From: Cyanobacteria bacterium P01_A01_bin.123
Lineage (GTDB): Bacteria; Cyanobacteriota; Cyanobacteriia; Phormidesmidales; Phormidesmidaceae
Direction of reading: 5' to 3'
NCBI GenBank assembly: GCA_039815185.1
Contig: JBCBZT010000026.1
Coordinates: 32,001 to 96,000, forward strand
DNA: 64,000 nucleotides
Shown here: in pieces, positions 1 to 9,459 of the stretch
Position numbering within the stretch: the stretch's first letter is position 1
Layout: the number at the start of each line of letters is the position of its first letter
Position numbers and translations under genes: made by a program
The notes under the pieces: model-generated
Told to the model about the DNA's origin: nothing
The model's database searches: none
Seen by the model: only the letters and a program-made list of their open reading frames with translations

Positions 1-3000
1 AAAGCCGCCACCGCCAGGCGTCTCAATCACAAATACATCTCCCTCATTCATCGCGATCGCATCCTGACTTTTGAGCACCTCAACCCCACCATCCTTGTGT
101 TCAACCCAATTACGACCCACTGCCCCCGATTCTCCCCCTGCCAACCCAAATGGCGGCACCTGGCGATGGCCTGAAAGAATCGCCGCCGTCATCGGTTCAC
201 GAAATTCAATTTGACGGATAATGCCGTCACCCCCTCGATGTTTGCCCGCACCACCGCTATCGGGACGAATGGCAAACTGCCGGAGTAGTACTGGAAAACG
301 CCACTCCAAAACTTCTGGATCAGTCAGGCGCGAATTGGTCATATGGGTATGCACTGCATCAGTACCGTCAAAGTCTGGCCCAGCACCAGAACCGCCGCAG
401 ATGGTTTCGTAATACTGATGCTGAGCATTGCCAAAGGTGAAATTATTCATCGTGCCTTGAGAAGCGGCCATCACACCTAAGGCCCCATAAAGGGCGTCAG
501 TGATCGCCTGGGAGGTTTCCACATTACCCGCCACCACCGCTGCTGGCGGCTCGGGATTCAGCATAGACCCTTTGGGAATAATGATTTCCAAAGGTTTGAG
601 GCAGCCTGCATTGAGCGGAATATCATCGTCGACCAGGGTGCGAAAGACATAGAGCACAGCAGCTTTGCCAACAGCTGCAGGGGCATTAAAGTTCGTGATG
701 CGTTGGGGAGAGGTATCCGTGAAGTCGATGGTAGCGCTGCGATTATCGCGATCAATAGCAACTCTCACCGTAATCTGGCTGCCATCATCCATCGGATAAG
801 TAAACGTCCCGTCTTTCAACACGCCAAGCACTTGCCGCACACAGGCTTCAGCATTGTCTTGTACATGCTGCATGTAGGATTGCACCGTCTCAAGGCTGTA
901 ATGAGCCACCATTTTCTGTAGTTCTTGCACTCCTTTTTCGTTAGCAGCGATTTGAGCCTGTAGATCGGCTAAATTTTGATCCGGGTTGCGTGCGGGGTAA
1001 GGTGCTGACGCCAACAGTTCCCGGAATTTAGCTGCGCGAAACTGGCCTTGATCCACAAGTTGAAAGTTGTCAATCAGCACCCCTTCTTCTTCGATGGTGG
1101 TGCTGGTGGGGGGCATAGAGCCTGGGGTGATGCCGCCGATGTCGGCGTGGTGGCCTCGGGAGGCGACGTAGAAGTGGGGGGATGGGGGAATAGAGGGATG
1201 GGGGGATGAGGAGATTGAGGAGCCAGCTAAAAAAACGGGGGTGATGACGGTTACGTCGGGGAGGTGGGTGCCGCCGTTGTAGGGGTTGTTGAGGACGTAT
1301 ACATCTCCTGGTTTGAGTGAGGCTGCTTTAGCGTAGATTAGGCTTTGCACACTTTCGCCCATGGACCCTAGATGCACTGGAATGTGGGGGGCGTTGGCGA
1401 CAAGTTGCCCGTGGGCATCAAAGAGGGCACAGGAGAAATCTAGGCGCTCTTTGATATTGACTGAATAGCTGGTGTTTTGTAGGGTGACGCCCATTTCTTC
1501 TGCGATCGCGCGGAAGAGGTTGTTGAAGATTTCGAGTAGGACGGGGTCGGGGGGAGATAGGGGAGTGGGGGAGTGGGGGAGTGGGCTTCGACGTGAGCTC
1601 AGCCGAACGGGAGTGGGGGAGTCATTGGGGGCTTGAGGCTGGTCTTGATTATCTTGAGTGGTTCTATCTGTTATATCTATGGTTTTGCCGTCTATCGCGG
1701 GTGGTGCTGAATGGTGTTTCAAAATCAGGTGGTTTTTGGCGGTGACTGTAGCGTCCCAGTTGGGTTCGATGACGTTGGTGCCGGTGGGTTCAATGATCAG
1801 GGCGGGGCCAGGGATGCGATCGCCGGGGCACAAGCTTTCGCGTCGATAGACTGGGGTGTTGTGCCACTGGCGGCAGGTGTAGAGGGGGACAGTAGTTTCG
1901 GGGTTTAGGGGGGTAGTGCGCTGGAGGAAGATGGGGGTTTCTTCGGGGACGGGGGTTTTGCCGATGACTTCTACGGCGGCGGTTTCGACAACTAATGATT
2001 TGTCGGGCATGGTGAAGCCGTAGCGTTGCTGGTGAGCTTGGTGGAAGGCAGTGGCCATAGTGTCGAGGGGGGCGTAGTCGACGGCGATCGCGGCGTCAGT
2101 ACCCGCATAGCGCAGATAAACTCGGGGCTGCACCACAATGGGATCTTGAGAGGTCAGTGGCGAGTCATCCCTGAGGCTTGCAATCCCCTGCTGAGCTAAG
2201 TCGGTGCGGCCCGAAAGAGCTAGATCGTCTAGGGTGCGCTGCAAAGACGCCATCACTTCAGAATCTAAAGGTTGTTCCACAGATCGCTCGCCCAACGATC
2301 GCACATCTGCTAACCCCATACCATAGGCCGACAGCACCCCAGCATAGGGATGGATAAAGATTTCGGTCATGCCAAGTGCTTCGGCAATCAGGCAGGCGTG
2401 TTGTCCACCCGCACCGCCAAAACAGCAGAGGGCATACTCCGACACGTCATGGCCCCGTTGGGTAGAGATTTTTTTGATGGCGTTGGCCATTTTTTCGATC
2501 GCGATCGCCAAAAACCCAGTAGCAACTTCCTCCGGTAGTCTGACATCACCCGTTTCTTGCTCAATTTGCGCCGCTAAGGCCTCAAACTTTTGCCGCACAA
2601 TAGCTGAATCCAGGGGCAAATCTCCCCCCGACCCAAACACAGCGGGAAAGAATTCGGGTTGGAGCTTACCCACCATCACGTTGCAGTCTGTTACCGCCAA
2701 CGGCCCACCATTGCGGTAGCAGGCTGGCCCCGGATACGCCCCTGCTGACGCTGGCCCCACCCGATAACGACTACCATCAAAGCTGAGAATCGACCCACCC
2801 CCGGCTGCCACAGTGTGGATCGCCATCATCGGGGCTCGTAATCGCACCCCAGCAACCTCAGTTTCAAAGGTGCGCTCATACTCTCCGCTGTAATGGGATA
2901 CATCGGTAGAGGTGCCGCCCATATCAAAGCCAATGATTTTGTCGTAACCCGCCATACGACTGGTCTGCACCGCGCCTACAATACCCCCTGCTGGCCCCGA

Positions 3001-3837
3001 GAGAATGCTGTCCTTCCCTTGAAATAGAGCGGCATCAGTCAGGCCACCGTTAGACTGCATAAACATTAGGCGAGTCCCATTGTCTTGTCCCTCTGGCAAT
3101 GCCGAATTCTCCTGCCCCAGCGCTGCCGCAATCCGATCCACATAGCGGCGCAAAATCGGTGAAAGATAGGCATCAACAACGGTGGTGTCGCCCCGACTGA
3201 TCAGCTTAATCAGGGGACTGACTTGGTGAGAGACGGAGATTTGGGTGAAGCCAATTTGTTTGGCTAAGGCGGCTAGGTGTTGTTCGTGGCTAGGGTAGCG
3301 ATAGCCATGCATCAACACAATGGCACAGGCGCGGATTCCCCCATCATAGGCCGCTTGTAAATCAGCCAGGATGCGCTGATCTGTCGCTGGCGTGATGGGT
3401 GTTAAAACCTCTCCTTGGGCATTGATACGTTCTTCAACTCCAAGCACCTGTTCAAAGAGCATTTCAGGCAGTTCGATGTGGCGGGCAAAAATCTGGGGAC
3501 GGTTTTGATAGCCAATTCTGAGGGCGTCACAAAAGCCTGCGGTAGTCAGCAGCAGGGTGCGATCGCCCTGGCGCTCTAACAAGGCATTAGTGGCAACCGT
3601 AGTCCCCATTTTGATCGCAGCAATGTGCTCAGCCGGAATCGGCACGTTCGGGGCCAATCCCAACAGATCTCGAATCCCTTGCAGCGGCGCATCTGCGTAG
3701 CGATCAGGATTTTCAGAGAGCAGCTTGTGCACCACAAACGTGTGATCCGGTCGCTGGGCCACAATGTCAGTGAACGTACCCCCGCGATCGATCCAAAACT
3801 GCCACTCCCCTGCCGTTGTCGACCTCGATATCGCCAT
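1..3837 (-). CDS. 5-oxoprolinase (fused hydantoinase A/B, ATP-hydrolysing); 3' end runs off the window
   Basis: Manual translation from ATG at 3837 gives [26 protein letters not shown]..., with [38 protein letters not shown] and C-terminal IETPGGGGF at positions 27..1. It is absent from the ORF track because no stop falls inside the window. Confidence 0.93.
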   Translation of the reverse strand, partial: MAISRSTTAGEWQFWIDRGGTFTDIVAQRPDHTFVVHKLLSENPDRYADAPLQGIRDLLGLAPNVPIPAEHIAAIKMGTTVATNALLERQGDRTLLLTTAGFCDALRIGYQNRPQIFARHIELPEMLFEQVLGVEERINAQGEVLTPITPATDQRILADLQAAYDGGIRACAIVLMHGYRYPSHEQHLAALAKQIGFTQISVSHQVSPLIKLISRGDTTVVDAYLSPILRRYVDRIAAALGQENSALPEGQDNGTRLMFMQSNGGLTDAALFQGKDSILSGPAGGIVGAVQTSRMAGYDKIIGFDMGGTSTDVSHYSGEYERTFETEVAGVRLRAPMMAIHTVAAGGGSILSFDGSRYRVGPASAGAYPGPACYRNGGPLAVTDCNVMVGKLQPEFFPAVFGSGGDLPLDSAIVRQKFEALAAQIEQETGDVRLPEEVATGFLAIAIEKMANAIKKISTQRGHDVSEYALCCFGGAGGQHACLIAEALGMTEIFIHPYAGVLSAYGMGLADVRSLGERSVEQPLDSEVMASLQRTLDDLALSGRTDLAQQGIASLRDDSPLTSQDPIVVQPRVYLRYAGTDAAIAVDYAPLDTMATAFHQAHQQRYGFTMPDKSLVVETAAVEVIGKTPVPEETPIFLQRTTPLNPETTVPLYTCRQWHNTPVYRRESLCPGDRIPGPALIIEPTGTNVIEPNWDATVTAKNHLILKHHSAPPAIDGKTIDITDRTTQDNQDQPQAPNDSPTPVRLSSRRSPLPHSPTPLSPPDPVLLEIFNNLFRAIAEEMGVTLQNTSYSVNIKERLDFSCALFDAHGQLVANAPHIPVHLGSMGESVQSLIYAKAASLKPGDVYVLNNPYNGGTHLPDVTVITPVFLAGSSISSSPHPSIPPSPHFYVASRGHHADIGGITPGSMPPTSTTIEEEGVLIDNFQLVDQGQFRAAKFRELLASAPYPARNPDQNLADLQAQIAANEKGVQELQKMVAHYSLETVQSYMQHVQDNAEACVRQVLGVLKDGTFTYPMDDGSQITVRVAIDRDNRSATIDFTDTSPQRITNFNAPAAVGKAAVLYVFRTLVDDDIPLNAGCLKPLEIIIPKGSMLNPEPPAAVVAGNVETSQAITDALYGALGVMAASQGTMNNFTFGNAQHQYYETICGGSGAGPDFDGTDAVHTHMTNSRLTDPEVLEWRFPVLLRQFAIRPDSGGAGKHRGGDGIIRQIEFREPMTAAILSGHRQVPPFGLAGGESGAVGRNWVEHKDGGVEVLKSQDAIAMNEGDVFVIETPGGGGF
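1551..1622. repeat. GGGAGTGG octamer tandem array (STRR-like) interrupted by a 24-nt insert, in frame within the oxoprolinase linker
   Basis: GGGAGTGG units at 1561, 1569, 1577 and 1609, with GCTTCGACGTGAGCTCAGCCGAAC at 1585-1608. A similar G-rich array lies at about 1175-1220. Confidence 0.75.
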
Positions 3838-3920
3838 AGTTCTGCAAAAGTTGAAAACTGGTTAGAATTTCTCTAATGCTAATCATTTCGAGTCTTGATC
3901 ATGGCAAGACCACCTCACCA

Positions 3921-4115
3921 ATGAGCCAAGCAGCTTCAGCCCAGACTCAGTATTTAACGCTTGAAGCATATCTCGCCTACGATGACGGCACCGATACTCG
4001 CTATGAATTGGTCGATGGAGAGTTAATTGTCATGCCTCCCGAGAGCGATCTCATTTGGACAGCGATCGCTCCTGATTTTTCACTAACCCCAGATGAAATT
4101 TTTGATCAAGGATAA
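3921..4115 (+). pseudogene. Uma2 (DUF820) family endonuclease remnant with internal deletion
   Basis: Typical Uma2 N-terminus [31 protein letters not shown] joined almost directly to a C-terminal-like [11 protein letters not shown]. Only 64 aa; the PD-(D/E)xK core is absent. Confidence 0.75.
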
Positions 4116-4146
4116 TGTCAGTCGAGATAAGCACCCAGCGAATAGA

Positions 4147-4170
4147 TATAGCTTTGTGGCTACCGCTATA
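4147..4170. repeat. Minimal (internally deleted) copy of the ~104 bp dispersed element
   Basis: TATAGCTTTGTGGCTACCGCTATA matches the right end of the copies at 10624 and 33495 and has TATAGC/GCTATA inverted ends. Confidence 0.55.
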
Positions 4171-4290
4171 CTGCTGCCAGCCCTATCTCGAACTCAGCAT
4201 ATTTAAGCCCCAGAAAGTCCTTTTGAATGGCATCTCTGGGGCATGTTGTTGTGCTTATTGCGCTAGAAAACGATGTAGTCAGGGTTATTT

Positions 4291-5322
4291 CTAGCTATCA
4301 CCGCCATCATCGTCGTCATCGTCACCGCCATCATCGTCATCATCGCCTGAGCTTGTGCTTTCAGTTGTGGTTTCGGTTGTCGTTTCAGTCGTCGTTTCTT
4401 GGCGAGTGCCAAAAATATCCACAATGTACGATGATGAAATGCTTTCAAGCTGCCCTAAACTCACTAAGGCTTGGTGAACAAAAGCGCACGCCTCAGCTCG
4501 TGTCACCACCTCAAAGGGCTTAAGTTCATCAACATCGGGATAATTAACGATAATCCCCTTTTCGGTCAATGCGGCAATCACCGTACGATACTCGGCCGGA
4601 ATAGAGCTAGCGTCAGAAAACACACTTAAAATCTGCTCTACGCTATTGCCAGAGGTGACTTCGGTGTACCCCAAAGCTTGAGCTAGCATCACCAACATCT
4701 CTAGTTTGGTCAGGGATGCATTGGGGTTGATCGATCCGCCAGTCCCCAAGTTCAGAAAACCCATGGAATAGGCTTTCTGAATTGCACTGTAAGCCCAATG
4801 ACTTTGGGAGATGCTACTCAGCGCCACCACCTCACGCACAGCGGTTATGTTAAAGGCTTGTGAAACGATGGAAGCGTATTGCGCTTTCGTTAGCGAGTTG
4901 GCTGGCAGAAACTCATCGTCAGGGAAGCCAATCACAATATTGAGGGACGATAGCTGATAAATGAAGTTCCTTGCCCAGTAGGAAGTACTGATGTCGGTAT
5001 AGGTCACCGTTGTGGTTGTGGTCGTTGTGCTGTTGGAGCTACTCCCACCATCATCATCATCATCATCATCATCGTCGTCGCTTTCTCCCCCATCATCATC
5101 GTCATCCCCGCCACCATCATCATCGTCGTCGTCATCATCTTTGAGCTGCTCTTGAGCGCCGGATTCAATAGATTCAGCGGTATCTTTTGTGCCAGAAGTC
5201 GTGTCGAGGTCTTGAGCCATGCTGCCTGTTGCCATCAGGGATACGATACAGGCAATTGCAAACGCCAGCATACCTGTTAAGGCAGTGGTTCTTGTTAGTA
5301 ATTTGAAGCGTAGTTGGGGCAT
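4291..5322 (-). CDS. Secreted S-layer homology (SLH) domain protein with poly-Asp and Thr/Glu-rich tracts
   Basis: Signal peptide; three SLH repeats (YTDISTSYWA..GFPDDEFLP..LTKAQ; SHWAYSAI; FSDASSIP..VTRAEA); Asp runs at both termini. GGAG lies upstream of ATG 5322. Confidence 0.85.
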   Translation of the reverse strand: MPQLRFKLLTRTTALTGMLAFAIACIVSLMATGSMAQDLDTTSGTKDTAESIESGAQEQLKDDDDDDDDGGGDDDDDGGESDDDDDDDDDDGGSSSNSTTTTTTTVTYTDISTSYWARNFIYQLSSLNIVIGFPDDEFLPANSLTKAQYASIVSQAFNITAVREVVALSSISQSHWAYSAIQKAYSMGFLNLGTGGSINPNASLTKLEMLVMLAQALGYTEVTSGNSVEQILSVFSDASSIPAEYRTVIAALTEKGIIVNYPDVDELKPFEVVTRAEACAFVHQALVSLGQLESISSSYIVDIFGTRQETTTETTTETTTESTSSGDDDDDGGDDDDDDGGDS

Positions 5323-5566
5323 CTTTAATTCAACTCCACGGATAAACAGCGCAACTTCATAGACAGTCAAATAAGAGGCAAAACTATACCTAGCTCGTTA
5401 ACTTGCCCTTAGAGACTGCATGCTCTGTAATGCCGTGACCGCGCCACACACCTTAAGTTCCCAGAATTACGGGAAATCACTCGAATTTGAAACAAAGCTG
5501 TATATTTAGCAGTATTTCTTACGGTTGCTTCGTGCTGTTGCTTTTGGAGATGCAAGTAATTGTTGG

Positions 5567-6952
5567 TTAAGGCTGTAGTGGCAGTAGCGGAGTCTCCAAA
5601 GGGACTATCCAGGGGGCAGGCGGACTTGATTGCGTAACTTTTGACAGATCAACCGCAGGATTAATCAAAAGCTGTGACGATCGCCCGTTGAGTGAAGCCA
5701 TCACTCTGGCTCGCACTTCTGCGGGTTGATCTTCAACCGTGGGAAATTGGCTGGCTAAATAATGACTGAATTGCAACACCATATCAGGGCGACTGGCCAT
5801 CTTACGTGTTTGCCATCGCGTCAAAACCGTTTCAGGCATGACCCGTTCAACCCAGCCACTCGTTGGATCCCGCACAAAAAACACTGCTTTAGCCTCTTTA
5901 TCCCGCAGTTTCATATGCCAAGCAAAGCGGTGTCCTTCTTCCGTCCAGTTCACATTGCCGGGGTAGACATAATGGCGCAGGGGTAACGTACATTGGGCGA
6001 TGACATAAAGTGCGATCGCCGCCATGCCCAATTTCTGCTGTATCCCTGCGGGTTTATCTGCTGCTTGAGCCTGATCTGAATCTATCAGTGAGCTGTGGTG
6101 CTTGATCCGAAACAGTTGCTTCACGAGCCGACGAGGCCAACTGGGTTCAAAAAACATCGCCGTTGCGGCAATCATAAACCAAGGAAAAATACCGATAGAA
6201 AATAGATAGGCATTAGTCAAATGAAACAGCACCGCGATCGCAAATGCAATCCATCGCGTTCGTTTCCACACCAATAATGGCACTACCAGTAAGTCGAGGA
6301 ATAATCCACTATAGCTCAGTAAATAAACCATCCAAGCCTGATCAAAATACTGCCCAATCAGCGGAAAATCCATCGATTCTAATAGCCACATCCCCATGGG
6401 TTGGCCCCGCAACCAGTCACCATTGAGTTTGGCAATGCCGCCAAAGAAATAAGGCACCCCAATTTGGAATCGCAACAGCCAAAGCGTCCAAGCCGGTACC
6501 GTCTGCGATCGCAAACGGGGCGATCGCCAACTATCAATTGAAAAGGTGCGATGGGCAGGCATGATCACCATCAACCCACTCAGCAAGCAAATCAAATAGA
6601 AATGGTTGAGATAACGGGCTTGTTCAAGCAAAAAGATGTAGGTAAACCCGATAAAAAACAGCAGCGTACTCACCCGGTAAAACCACCCTATGGTGATGAA
6701 CACTGTGAGGGCTCCCAACGCTGCCATGTGCCAATACATCAACTCCCCCGGCCAAGGGGAAACCCAGCCAAATCCCGCATAGGTAAAGTGAAATGAAGGA
6801 CTGATCCAGTAAGCCCGAATCCAATCGTGGCTAAAATAACGTCCGACCTCCCACAGCATTATTAGCCCAAACGCCACGCGAAAATAAACCAGCGCTGCAA
6901 TATCAACCGGGGCAAACCGTTGCTGTTGGGCAAATTGAACAACCGATTTCAC
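5567..6952 (-). CDS. HTTM-domain, vitamin K-dependent gamma-glutamyl carboxylase-like membrane protein
   Basis: Motifs FRVAFGL, YLNHFYL, YFFGGIAKLNGDWLRG, WTEEGHRFAWHMKL, PDMVLQF and SLNGR..LINP.VDL match the VKGC layout; multiple TM segments. Confidence 0.88.
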   Translation of the reverse strand: MKSVVQFAQQQRFAPVDIAALVYFRVAFGLIMLWEVGRYFSHDWIRAYWISPSFHFTYAGFGWVSPWPGELMYWHMAALGALTVFITIGWFYRVSTLLFFIGFTYIFLLEQARYLNHFYLICLLSGLMVIMPAHRTFSIDSWRSPRLRSQTVPAWTLWLLRFQIGVPYFFGGIAKLNGDWLRGQPMGMWLLESMDFPLIGQYFDQAWMVYLLSYSGLFLDLLVVPLLVWKRTRWIAFAIAVLFHLTNAYLFSIGIFPWFMIAATAMFFEPSWPRRLVKQLFRIKHHSSLIDSDQAQAADKPAGIQQKLGMAAIALYVIAQCTLPLRHYVYPGNVNWTEEGHRFAWHMKLRDKEAKAVFFVRDPTSGWVERVMPETVLTRWQTRKMASRPDMVLQFSHYLASQFPTVEDQPAEVRARVMASLNGRSSQLLINPAVDLSKVTQSSPPAPWIVPLETPLLPLQP

Positions 6953-7174
6953 AATGCTCTAGCCATGACGGACAAGAGTGTTGACCCGTTCACAGGCTAA
7001 ATCTGTTCCTTAACGCAACCATGCGTTACAACATCTGCCACCCTTTAGAGATTATCTAGGGCGTGCCATCAATTAAGCGCCCTGGAGCGATCGCGTTTTT
7101 TTAACCCTTCCAATCAATCAGCGATCGCATTCTTTAATTCGCCCCAACAAGTCACAGAAGGCGATCGCACTGAG

Positions 7175-7918
7175 TTAGCGCAATCTGTATCCCGTGTAAT
7201 CGCAGGTATTGATCTGGCGCTCAGTAATCTGTCGGCCATCTGACAGATTAGCGTAGAAGTCATACGCACAAGATGAGCTTTCGAGCGTAAGTTCTACGGA
7301 ACGACCTGAGGGTAAGACACCATTTAAGTCATTAGATCCCCAATCGGAGCCACTAGAGGGAGCTAAATACAAAGCCTCAACCGTTGCCCCGGTATTGTTA
7401 ACCATCCTAAACACTCTATTATCATTTGAACCCCCACCATTTTGGGCTAATTCTCGGCATTGCTGATTAGCATAGCCAGGGTCGAAAATTGCACTCAAGG
7501 TGTTAAAGCAAGTTGAGAAGGGTTCATTGGGTGACTGTCCTGCCAACATGCCTTTGCACTGGTCTAGCGCATAGCCAGGATCGAAAATTGCACTCAAGGT
7601 ACCGAAACAAGTTGAGAAGGGTTCGTTGGGTGACTGCCCTGCTAACATGTCTTTACATTGGTCTAGCGCATAGCCAGGGTCGAAAATTGCACTCAAGGTG
7701 CCAAAACAAGTTGAGAAGGGCTCATTGAGTGACTGCCCTGCCAACATGTCTTTGCACTGGTCTAGCGCATAACCAGGATCGAAAGCTGCACTCAAGTTGC
7801 TAAAACAAGTTGAGAAGGAGTCGCTCTGCTGCTGTGCATTGACAGGCGGGCTTAAGACTATAGCAGCGCTGAATGTTGCTAATGAGAAAAATTTAGCTAT
7901 CTGTAAATCGCGAACCAT
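7175..7918 (-). CDS. Secreted protein with four 33-aa two-Cys repeats and a C-terminal beta domain
   Basis: Signal peptide (..PPVNA-QQ); repeat FSTCFxxLSAxFDPGYALDQCKxMLAGQSxNEP; C-terminal FRMVNNTG..DWGSNDL..CAYDF..NTC. Confidence 0.8.
   Translation of the reverse strand: MVRDLQIAKFFSLATFSAAIVLSPPVNAQQQSDSFSTCFSNLSAAFDPGYALDQCKDMLAGQSLNEPFSTCFGTLSAIFDPGYALDQCKDMLAGQSPNEPFSTCFGTLSAIFDPGYALDQCKGMLAGQSPNEPFSTCFNTLSAIFDPGYANQQCRELAQNGGGSNDNRVFRMVNNTGATVEALYLAPSSGSDWGSNDLNGVLPSGRSVELTLESSSCAYDFYANLSDGRQITERQINTCDYTGYRLR
7455..7818. repeat. 99-bp tandem coding repeat, about 3.7 copies
   Basis: CAAGTTGAGAAGG recurs with a 99-nt period near 7509, 7608, 7707 and 7806. Confidence 0.9.
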
Positions 7919-8354
7919 GTGAGTGTGTATCTCCAACCCTTAAATCGGTAGCCTGAATAATTTGTAGGACGGGTATAGCCCAGAGGGCCTTTTAGAAATA
8001 GAAAAGCGCTAGCACAACCCCTACAGGCGTTGGTTTATCCTGCGGGAAGCAAGCTACGTTTCTCAACCACAATACCTACGCTTAAGCGGATGTTTGAGAA
8101 GTATCCAATGTCATGCTGAACGGCACGATTGCGTAGTGAAGCATCTCGACGTAGCAGTTTCAAACTTAGATTTTGTCCTTCGATAAGCAAGCCGCGTTGC
8201 GCTTTACTCCTCTCGGAATAGCAAGTTGTTTAACCTCTCAATCATCCTTTAATTACGACCACTGACTTAGGGCTGAGTTCCATCAATAATGATGGAATTC
8301 ATTAATTAGTACCAGAGTCACTGCGTCCTATCCCTGCCCGTAGTACCAGAGTCA

Positions 8355-9398
8355 TTATTGATTGATCTGTCGTTTAAGCTGCCGCACAGTTTGATACATC
8401 TCAGGTAAGCGATTATAAATAGCTGAAACCTTGAGCCACACCCGATTTGGCACAGCCGGGGTGCCTGACACAATTTCCTTGGGGCCAACGTCGCGGTGGA
8501 GTCCGGCTTGGGCGGTGGCGATCGCGCCGTCGCCAATCGTCACATCATTGCTGACACCAACCTGTCCAGCCAACAAGACTCCATTGCCCACCCGCACCCG
8601 TCCCGCCATACCCACTTGGGCAGACAGGGCTGAACTTTGACCAATGCGGCAGCCATGTCCCACCTGTACTAAGTTGTCGAGTTTGGTGTTACGGCCAATG
8701 CGGGTTTCACCGGTGGCCGGGCGATCGATGGTGGAGTTGCATCCCACTTCCACATTGTCTTCGAGTACGACATGGCCTGACTGGTGCATCTTCACCATGC
8801 CCCGGGGTGTCGGGACAAAGCCAAACCCTTCAGACCCCACCACTGCTCCCGCATGAATCACACAGTCGGTGCCAATTTGGCTGCGTTCCTGGATAACGCA
8901 GTTGGCATGGAGCACTGTGCGATCGCCGATTTTAGCATCGGGATAAATCGTCACATTGGGATGAATGCAGACCTGATCGCCAATGGTGACACCGGGTTGC
9001 ACCACCACGTGGGCACCGATATGCACTTGCTGCCCGACCGTTGCGGACGGGTGAATCACCGCAGAGGCGTGAATCTCTGGCGCTGGGTGAAAGGGTTGAT
9101 AAAACAGCGCGATCGCGTGGGCAAACGCCAATCGCGGATCAGCCGCCGCCACCCACGGGATGCTGCGTTGATCAGCGCGGGACTGTAACGTCGCATCAGT
9201 GGGCAGAATTAACGCACTGGCCTGGGTTGTCTCAAGATATTCAGCATACTTCTCCCCCTCGATATAGCTGATCTGGCCGGGGGTGGCTTCGGCGATCGCG
9301 GCAACACCTGTTAAGTCAACCGCTGGGTCGGGCTGGGTTTCAAGGCTGTTTGTTTGAATCGCCGAGCCAAGTTGGCTAACCAGTTCGCTAAATTTCAT
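8355..9398 (-). CDS. lpxD: UDP-3-O-(3-hydroxymyristoyl)glucosamine N-acyltransferase
   Basis: Hexapeptide repeats, GSEGFGF, TIDR, KLDNLVQVGH, AGQVG. Confidence 0.96.
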   Translation of the reverse strand: MKFSELVSQLGSAIQTNSLETQPDPAVDLTGVAAIAEATPGQISYIEGEKYAEYLETTQASALILPTDATLQSRADQRSIPWVAAADPRLAFAHAIALFYQPFHPAPEIHASAVIHPSATVGQQVHIGAHVVVQPGVTIGDQVCIHPNVTIYPDAKIGDRTVLHANCVIQERSQIGTDCVIHAGAVVGSEGFGFVPTPRGMVKMHQSGHVVLEDNVEVGCNSTIDRPATGETRIGRNTKLDNLVQVGHGCRIGQSSALSAQVGMAGRVRVGNGVLLAGQVGVSNDVTIGDGAIATAQAGLHRDVGPKEIVSGTPAVPNRVWLKVSAIYNRLPEMYQTVRQLKRQINQ

Positions 9399-9459
9399 CG
9401 TGTATGTGACCCAGAGAAATCCGGTATAGGATAAACGCCAGATTCAGCATACCGTAACG

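Noticed and set aside
221..3876. Many short ORFs listed in the track
   Set aside because: They are antisense or off-frame shadows of the long minus-strand oxoprolinase.
7455..7818. 99-bp repeats as a CRISPR array
   Set aside because: The whole unit repeats in frame inside a CDS; there are no unique spacers and no cas genes.
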